Below, one piece after another: positions 56,873-64,000 of a stretch of DNA of 64,000 nt (positions are counted from its first letter, which is position 1; every line of letters starts with the position of its first letter). The stretch spans positions 120,515 to 184,514 of the forward strand of contig CAWBCA010000017.1 in the NCBI GenBank assembly GCA_963787175.1. The letters run 5' to 3'. Both the position numbers and the translations under genes were made by a program. Below the pieces are notes generated by a model, which saw only the letters and a list, made by a program, of their open reading frames with translations, did not search any database and was not told the origin of the DNA. This DNA comes from an uncultured Acidobacteriota bacterium. Lineage in GTDB: Bacteria > Acidobacteriota > Vicinamibacteria > Vicinamibacterales > 2-12-FULL-66-21.

Positions 56873-58721
56873 GGCAGGTTCCGCGCCGCTTCCTCGAGCT
56901 CGGCCTCACGGGGCCTCCGGCTGCGGCTGGGCCCCGAACGATCGGCGAGTGGCGGATCGTCGATCACCTTGCCGTCGCCCAGGTACATGTGGACGCCGCA
57001 CGGCAGGCAGGGATCGAAGCTGCGCACCGTGCGCATGATGTCGATGCCCTTGAACGTGTCGGGGCCGTTCTCCTCGAAGATGGGCGTGTTCTGACCGCGT
57101 CCTCGTAGGGCCCGGGCACGCCGAACGAGTCCCGCGGGCTGGCGTTCCAGGGCGTCGGCGGATAGGGATGGTAGTTGGCGATCTTGCCGCCGCGAATCAC
57201 GACGTGATGCGACAGCACGCCGCGCACCGCCTCGTGGAAGCCGCAGCCGATGGCCTCGTCCGGCACCTTGAACTGGTGCCATGTCGTCAGGCGGCCGGCG
57301 TGCACCTCGGCCATCGCCTGCTCGAGGAAGTACAGCGCCGCGGCCGCCGCATAGGCCTGGAAGTAGGTGCGGGCGCGGTCGCGCTCGAGCGTGTTGCTCC
57401 AGTCGCGGGATCTTCCACTCGAACTCCGTCTCGCCGTGGTTGGCGGTCTTCGGCAGGCGGATCTTGACGCTCGTGCCCGGTCGCCTTGACGTAGCCGCCG
57501 AGGTTCACCGATCCCGGCCAGCGCCGTCACCCAGAACCGGGCGAGCGGGCCGCCGCCGGTGTCGAGCGCGAGATGCTGGCCGCTGCGCGTGTCGAACCAG
57601 CGCGGCGACATGACCCAGGTGTATTTGTCCGCGAAGTCGCGCTTCTGCGGCTTCGGCAGCGTCGTCTGGTTCCACGGATGCCGCTGATCGACCGGGTTGC
57701 CGAGCGGGTCGGCCTTGACGAACATCTCGCTGCGCCTGCCAGTCGTCGTAGAACGAGCTGCCGAGCAGGATGCGGATGCCCAGGTTGATCTCGATCAGGT
57801 CGGTGGTGATCAGTTCGCCGTCCACCACGATGCCGGGCGTGACGTACATCGCGCGGCCCCACTCGGGCATCGACTCGTAGCTGAAATCGCAGACATCGGG
57901 GTTCTTGAACGAGCCCCAGCAGCCGAGCAGCACCCGCCGCCGGCCGACTTCCTCGTAGCCGGGCAGCGCCTCGTAGAAGAAGTCGAACAGATCGTCGTGC
58001 AGCGGCACGCATCGCTTCATGAAGTCGATGTACTTCAGCAGCCGCACGAGGTAGTCGTTGAAGAGCTGCACGCTCGGCGACGGTGCCGACGCCGCCCGGG
58101 TAGAGCGTCGAGGGGTGCACGTGCCGGCCTTCCATCAGGCAGAACATCTCGCGCGCCAGCCGGCTCATCTGCAGCGCTTCGAGATAGAAGGTGCCCGGTG
58201 AACGGGTTCAGCGCCCGCATGATGTCGGCGATGGTGCGGTAGCCGTGCAGCTGCCGCGTGCGGCGCCTCGGTCGTTTCGGCCTTCGCCAGCACGCCCGGG
58301 TTCGTCTCCCGCACCATCTGCTCGCAGAAGTCGACGCCGACCAGGTTGTCCTGGAACAGGTTGTGGTCGAACATGTACTCGGCGGCCTCGCCGAGGTTGA
58401 TGATCCACTCGGCCAGGGGCGGCGGCTTGACGCCGAAGGCCATGTTCTGCGCGTAGACGGCGCAGGTCGCGTGGTTGTCGCCGCAGATGCCGCAGATCCG
58501 GCTGGTGATGAAGTGCGCGTCGCGCGGGTCCTTGCCCTGCATGAACACGCTGTAGCCGCGGAAGATCGACGACGTGCTGTGGCACTCGACCACGCGCCGG
58601 TTCGCGAAGTCGATCTTGGTGTGAATGCCGAGGCTGCCGACGATCCGGGTGATCGGATCCCACGACATCTCGACGAGTTGCGGGCTCGGGGCGCCATCGC
58701 GTCCGACGCTGCGCGGGTCAT
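56869..58721 (-). CDS. hhyL: [NiFe]-hydrogenase large subunit, group 1h (group 5, high-affinity type), many apparent frameshifts
   Basis: LVEMSWDPITRIVGSLGIHTKIDF. STSSIFRGYSVFMQGKDPRDAHFITSRICGICGDNHATCAVYAQN (L1 motif). RSFDPCLPCGVHMY (L2 motif). The pieces are spread over ORFs 58165..59106, 58208..58663, 57505..58071, 56964..57725 and 56869..57282. Confidence 0.88.
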
Positions 58722-58733
58722 GGCTGGCTGGGC

Positions 58734-59724
58734 TTACCTCGCTCCGGCGCGCGCAGGCTCCTTGTTCATCGAAGCCTGGGTGAAGGACCGCAGCGACCGG
58801 ATCGTGCTGCCATAGATCTGGATCGCGTGCGTCGAAGGTTCGCCCCCGGCGGCTCGTCCAGGAACGGCATGAACTTGTCGGGGAAGCCGGGCATCGTGCA
58901 GCCGATGCAGACGCCGCCGACATTCGGGCAGCCGCCGATGCCGCCCATCCAGCCGCGCTTCCCGACGTTGCACTGCACGACCGGCCCCCAGCAGCCCAGC
59001 TTGCACGATGCACTCGCTGCTGCCCGTAGCGCGGTCGCGAAGTCGGCCTGCTCGTAGTGGCCGCCGCGGTCGCAGCCTTCGTGCACAGTGTGCGGCGAAG
59101 AGCCACGTCGGCCGCCCAGCTCGTCCAGAGGGATCATCGGCGCGGTGCCGGCCGCCTGACGCAGGAGGTAGAGCAGCACTTCCATGAAGTTGTCGGGCTG
59201 CACCGGGCAGCCGGGCACGTTGACGATCGGCACCCGCTGCCAGCGACTTCCAGTCCAGCCCCAGGTAGTCCGCCAGCCCCATGCAGCCGGTCGGATTGCC
59301 CGCCATGGCGTGGATGCCGCCGTAGGCTGCGCAGGTCCCGGCGGCCACCACGGCCCACGCCTTCGGGGCCAGGCGGTCGATCCAGTCGCAGGTCGTGATC
59401 GGCTGCCCGGTGGCCGGGTCGATGCCGAACGCCGCCCAGAACCCCTCGCTTTGTTCTCTCGTTGGGGATCGATCCCTCCACGACCAGGATGAACGGATCG
59501 AGGCGGCCCGCCGCGGCGTCATGGCAGTAGCGCATGAACGCCTCGCCGTTCTCGTTCGCGAGCACCGGGTTGTGAAAGTGGACCGTCGGGATGCCCGGGA
59601 TGATGCCCCGAACGAGGTCCTCGATGCTGGGTTGCGTGGCGGCGGTGATGGCGATCGTGTCGCCGTCGCAGCCGAGCCCGGCCGTGATCCAGAGGATGTG
59701 GACTTCCGCGAAGGGGGTCTCCAT
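58734..59724 (-). CDS. hhyS: [NiFe]-hydrogenase small subunit, group 1h type, no TAT signal, apparent frameshifts
   Basis: [38 protein letters not shown], with no RRxF signal. [91 protein letters not shown]. Confidence 0.85.
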
Positions 59725-60200
59725 CAGCAGCTCCTCGGTAATGTTTCACAATGTCCGAGAGCGGCGCGGTCAGCCGGACCGTATTCCATCCCGGTCAGGA
59801 CACCGCGGGTCGGATTGTGGAAGAAGCCGTCGGGCTGCGTGAGGGAGTGGGTACGAGTGTGGGTCCGCCGCCGGTACGAGCCCATGGTAAGCGAGCAGGC
59901 GCCGTTTGGTGCGGAAACGGGTCACATGTGACGCCGCGAGAGCGCACCTCGCGATTGATCCGCCGCACCGGCGTATTGTCCGTCGTTGCCCCTCGCCAGC
60001 GCAAGGGGAGCCGCAATCCCGCGAATGAGCCTGGCATCCTTCCTGACCGCGGTCTCGAGCGGCCGTTCGAATCGATACGATCCCGGCCGTGACCGGACAG
60101 GCTCCGGCCCCCCAGCCCGCATCCACACCTGTGCGGCGACGACGTGCAGTCGGCCCGATCGGAGTAGTATGTCGACTGATCGCCGTCCGGAAGCACTGCG

Positions 60201-61711
60201 ATGGACGCCTTCATCAGTTACGCCTCAGCGAACGCCAGCCGCGCCGCGCGCGTCGAGCGCGCGCTTGTCGCGGCCGGGCGCACTGTCTGGCGCGATCGCT
60301 CGAAGATCCGCCTGGGTGTCCTCCTGCGGCGGCAGCTCCAGGAAGCCATTTCCGGCTCCCGCGCGCTCGTGCTCCTGTGGTCCAGGCAGGCGGCGCAATC
60401 CCGATGGGTCGCCGCCGAGATCCTCACGGCCTTTCATGTCAGGAGGTTCATCGTCCCGTGCGCGCTCGATGACACGCCGCTGCCACAGTTCCTGTCGGCG
60501 ACCGTTCATCTGAATCTTTCCCGTGCCACGAGTGGCGCGCTGGATGCCTTGCAGCGAGCGCTGGTCGACGCGCCAGCCGGTGCGAACGCCATCCCGCCCG
60601 CCGAGAGCAGCCGCAGCGCGGAGCAGCGTCGCGCCATCGATGCCATCAATCGCCTTCAGCACGCGGAGCTCGACCACCTGCAGCGCCGTGCCCTCCAGGC
60701 TGCGCGGCGCGCCCACGCCAGGACCGACCGCGAGATGCGGCGCGCCCGGAGGAAGTGGCGGCTGGATCCCATCGTCCTGAACCTTGCCGGGTACCATTGC
60801 AAGAACGCATACATGCTGAAGCACTGGGAGGCGTTGCAGGCCGGGCGCGGACCCGTGGATCAGACTGCTCGGAAGGGCCGAACGCCTGTTCTTCGAGACC
60901 CTCTTCGTGGATCCGACGGACCCGTACGGGCTGGATGGCCTGGGCAGCGTGCTGAGACTCGAGCGCGAGTTCGACGCGGCGGAGTTCTTCTTTCTCGAGG
61001 CGATCGAGCAGGCCGACAGGAGGGGTATCGTCTACCTGGAGCCGCGGCAGAATCTCGAAAGCGTCCGGCGCGCTCGAGGCGAGGCGCCACGGGAGGGCCC
61101 ACCGGCAGCCAGCCGCGCAACGCCGCCCCGCGACGCCGCCCCCCGTCAGCCGGGCCTCCCGCTCGACACGATAGCGGACGACCTCCGAACCGGCGAAAGG
61201 GCCCTCCGGTCGGGCAAGTGGCAAGGCGCGCTCGCCGTGTTCGATCGCGTGCTCCAGACTGCGCCCTCTTCAGGCGATGGCGCACGGGTTTCGAGCCGAG
61301 GCGTTGCTTCGGCTGGGCCGGTTCGACGACGCCCTCGAGGCGTACGACGACACTCTGGCGATCCAGCCGGGAAACGTCGCGGCGCGATCTGCCCGGGGCG
61401 CCATCCTGGTGGGTCTCGGTCGGACCGACGAAGGACTTCAGGACATCGACAGCGTGGTTGCCGCGCACCCCAGGCATCCTGAAGCTCTCTACAACAAGGC
61501 CTGCGCGCATAGCATCAAGCAGGAGGGGGGCGCAGCGCTGGTCGCCCTGGGAGAAGCCATCGCAGCCCATCCGCCACATCGCGCGACCGCGGCCTCGGAT
61601 CCGCATCTCGGATACGTGCGGGACCATCCGGCGCACGGACGGGCATTTCGCGCCCTGATGAAGCGCGGAAAGGCCTCCGCCGGCAAACCCGGGCCAGTCG
61701 CACGTCCCTGA
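60201..61711 (+). CDS. TIR domain - TPR repeat protein, apparent frameshifts
   Basis: MDAFISYASANASRAARVERALVAAGRTVWRD...ALVLLWSRQAAQSRWVAAEILTA (TIR, conserved Glu present). TPR-like C-terminal part is in ORFs 60907..61482 and 61277..61711 (AEALLRLGRFDDALEAYDDTLAIQPGNVAA...EALYNKACAH). Confidence 0.78.
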
Positions 61712-61720
61712 TACAGCCGG

Positions 61721-63317
61721 TTATCCAGCGATCGCAACGTCGAGCTCCACGGCGGAGACCGAGGCGGCCGGGAACTCCCACACGCCGCTCGCGCCGAACG
61801 GTTTCTCCACCGTCTGCATCACGGCACCACTATTCAGATACGAGAGCTCCACCGCCGGGTCCGCGGTGATCTCGAACACGCGTCCGCCCCGGATACCAGA
61901 GCCCGCGATCCGGATCGTGGCGGTCACGGATCGCGTGCGGCGGGTGTTCACGACATGGAGGTACGCAGTATCGCCGCGGCGGCTCGCCACGACATCGAGG
62001 CCGTCCGGCACGCCGCCTACCTGGACCGCATGACTCCCGATGTGACGGCGGTACAGCTGCATCACCCGTGCGACGGGCTGAAGATACGCGCGGTTATTGC
62101 CCCTCGGCGTCGGGATGATCACCGCGTTGTTCTGCCACCGGGTCCCGCAGAAGTCGGCGGCCGTGGCAATCTTCAAGACATCACCGTGCCGCTGATGGTT
62201 GTTGAGGATGCGCGCGTAGGATACACCGGCCGCCCACGACGCCAGCACGTCGCCGCGGTCGCGGCCGGGCAAGGCGAAATGACACTCCGTCATCGCGAGC
62301 GGAATCTTCGGCGCACCCAGGTTCTCGCGAACGCCGCGAATCTTGGCGTCGTTGGGTTGCCACGCCTTCATCAACTGTTCCCATGCCGCTTCCGGATCGC
62401 GCCGGTATGCCTCGCCGCGGAGCACCGGCTGGAGCTGGGAATCAGGGTCGAACATGTGGTGGAACGCGAGGTACTGCACATGCTCCCCGGCCACTTCCGC
62501 CATGCGCGCCGCCCAGCCGCTGTCGCCCCACGCGATCAACTCGAATCGCGGGGTCGGCCGCGCGCATGCTTCGGGCGAACTCGACCGTCTTGCGCGCCGC
62601 CGTCTCGAGGTCGAACCCATTCTTGTCGTAGGAGGTCTCGTTGCCGATCTGCCAGTGCCGGACACCCAGCGGCGCCCGGTTCCCGTGACCCGCCCGGTCG
62701 CTGTTTTCCGGATCGTTGCAATACGCCACCCAGGCGGCAGCTTCCGCGGCGTCAGCCGTGCGCACGCTGCCTTTGGCCTGCATGTACTGCTTGCGGCCGT
62801 CCGACTCGAAGTTGACGCAGATCAGCGGATCCGCGCCCGCCCGCCGGCACAAGTCGACGAATTCGCCGGTGCCGACCTGGTTCGATTCGATCCCGCCCCA
62901 CAGCAGGTTGAGCATCGGCGGGCGGGCCGCGCGCGGCCCGACGCCTTCGCGCCATCGATAGAAATCGGCGAAGATCCCGCCCCACCGCATCATGGGCGGC
63001 CCGAGCTGGCGGGTGATCTCCACCACATCTTCGCGCCACTCTTCGCGCAGGTGGTCCCAGGCCGCTTCAACCGAACCATCGGTGGCGCCCAACGGTTCCA
63101 TGAACTGCATGTAGAGATAGGGTGACAGCTCGAACAGCGGCTTCAACTCAACCTGGATGGCGCCGCCGTCCTGTACACCGGGTTCACCCTGCGCGGGCGC
63201 GTCGGCGCGCAGCATTCCACCGGCGCCGAGAGCCGCCGCCGCCATGGTCGATTCCTTGAGGAACGTTCGTCGTTTCACTGTGGAATCCCGTCCGTCAGCC
63301 AGCCCCGGCCTCCCCAC
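61721..63317 (-). CDS. GH51-like alpha-L-arabinofuranosidase with TAT signal, one apparent frameshift
   Basis: VKRRTFLKESTMAAAALGAGG. MRWGGIFADFYRW. WQIGNETSYD (acid/base Glu context). LAMTECHFAL (nucleophile context). Frame change near 62560. The start could instead be GTG at 63278. Confidence 0.75.
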
Positions 63318-63481
63318 GCGGACGCTCCTCCGGCATCACGCGTCCGGGAGGGACCACAGCGCCTCCATGCCACCTTGCCCTGGCCCCCAGCTGGCGCCGG
63401 CGGAGCCCGGTGTCCGCCGCGCGCCGGGTCGCCCACAGGCCGCGGCGCCGGCCAGTGGCGCCGAGCAGGCCTCTCAACGAC

Positions 63482-64000
63482 TCACCGTGCCGCGGCGCCC
63501 GGATCCGGTTTCACGTTCTGGTTGACCCGGAAGAAGTTGGTCGGGTCGTACTTGGTCTTCACCTCGACCAGCCGCGCGTAGTTCGAGCCAAAGGAGGCCC
63601 TGATGGTGTCCTCAGTCTCGTCGCCGAGAAAGTTCAGAAGGTAGTCGCCGCTGCGGAACGGCGCCATCGCATCGGCGAAGCCGCGGGTCCACTCGATGTG
63701 CCGCGCGGATTCGGCCGGGTCCGCCCACTGCGTGAGAATGCCCAGATCGTAGTCGCCATGGCGCTGCGCGAACGCCGTGTCGCCCTTCCCCACCCGGCTC
63801 GCGGCGCCGCCGTACTGCTCGACCAGCACCGCCGTCATCGGGGAAGTGGCCAGGTTCGCGTGGCTGACGATCACATCGATCGCATCATCGCTCGAGCTCG
63901 CGCAGGAAGGTGGACTTCCAGTAGTTCTGGTTGCCGTCCGGCACGGCCGCGTCGAGCAGCGTCTGCATCACTGGAAACGGCATCGGCTGGATCGCGTCCA
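63482..64000 (-). CDS. FAD-linked oxidase with BBE-type C-terminal domain, 5' end outside window, one apparent frameshift
   Basis: C-terminus GDYLLNFLGDETEDTIRASFGSNYARLVEVKTKYDPTNFFRVNQNV. Upstream MPFPVMQTLLDAAVPDGNQNYWKSTFL is in another frame near 63890. Confidence 0.7.

Overview
Visibly GC-rich bacterial chromosomal segment. It is most consistent with Acidobacteriota. This is an inference from an ADOP-type duplicated orphan permease, TIGR02999-like ECF sigma / Ser-Thr kinase modules and a group 1h [NiFe]-hydrogenase.

Layout:
- 1-10.3 kb: a conserved housekeeping block, thrS-infC-rpmI-rplT-pheS-pheT-zapB-like-zapA-6S RNA-rny-thiL.
- 10.3-22.6 kb: a DUF2062 gene, two tandem ABC exporter half-transporters (minus strand), an OMP, a GAF / lytic transglycosylase / GT-C membrane protein operon, and tmRNA.
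- 22.6-64 kb: accessory-type genes. These include a TAT-exported oxidoreductase, the ADOP permease, three Ser/Thr kinase paralogs (one decayed), a truncated ECF sigma, hydrolases, an FG-GAP protein, paired amidohydrolases, two TIR-domain proteins, an O-methyltransferase, an ADP-ribosylglycohydrolase, an amidase, a PAS-GGDEF-EAL protein, an isolated hhyS-hhyL hydrogenase pair followed by a hybrid histidine kinase, a GH51 arabinofuranosidase and a partial FAD/BBE oxidase.

No CRISPR array, transposase, integrase, rRNA or tRNA gene was recognised.

Two cross-cutting observations:
1. Many long genes are broken by apparent 1-nt indels, so a single protein is spread over two or three ORF-track frames. 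CDS limits below are therefore for the reconstructed gene.
2. Several intergenic spacers, and one intragenic linker, are built from short tandem 7-nt repeats that share words between loci. This is the most unusual signal in the window.

Hand-derived coordinates are +/-2 nt. Around 22.86-23.08 kb my count from the printed lines disagreed with the ORF track by 1 nt, and I followed the ORF track. The six-frame track also contains many long Arg/Ala/Pro-rich shadow ORFs that I do not regard as genes.
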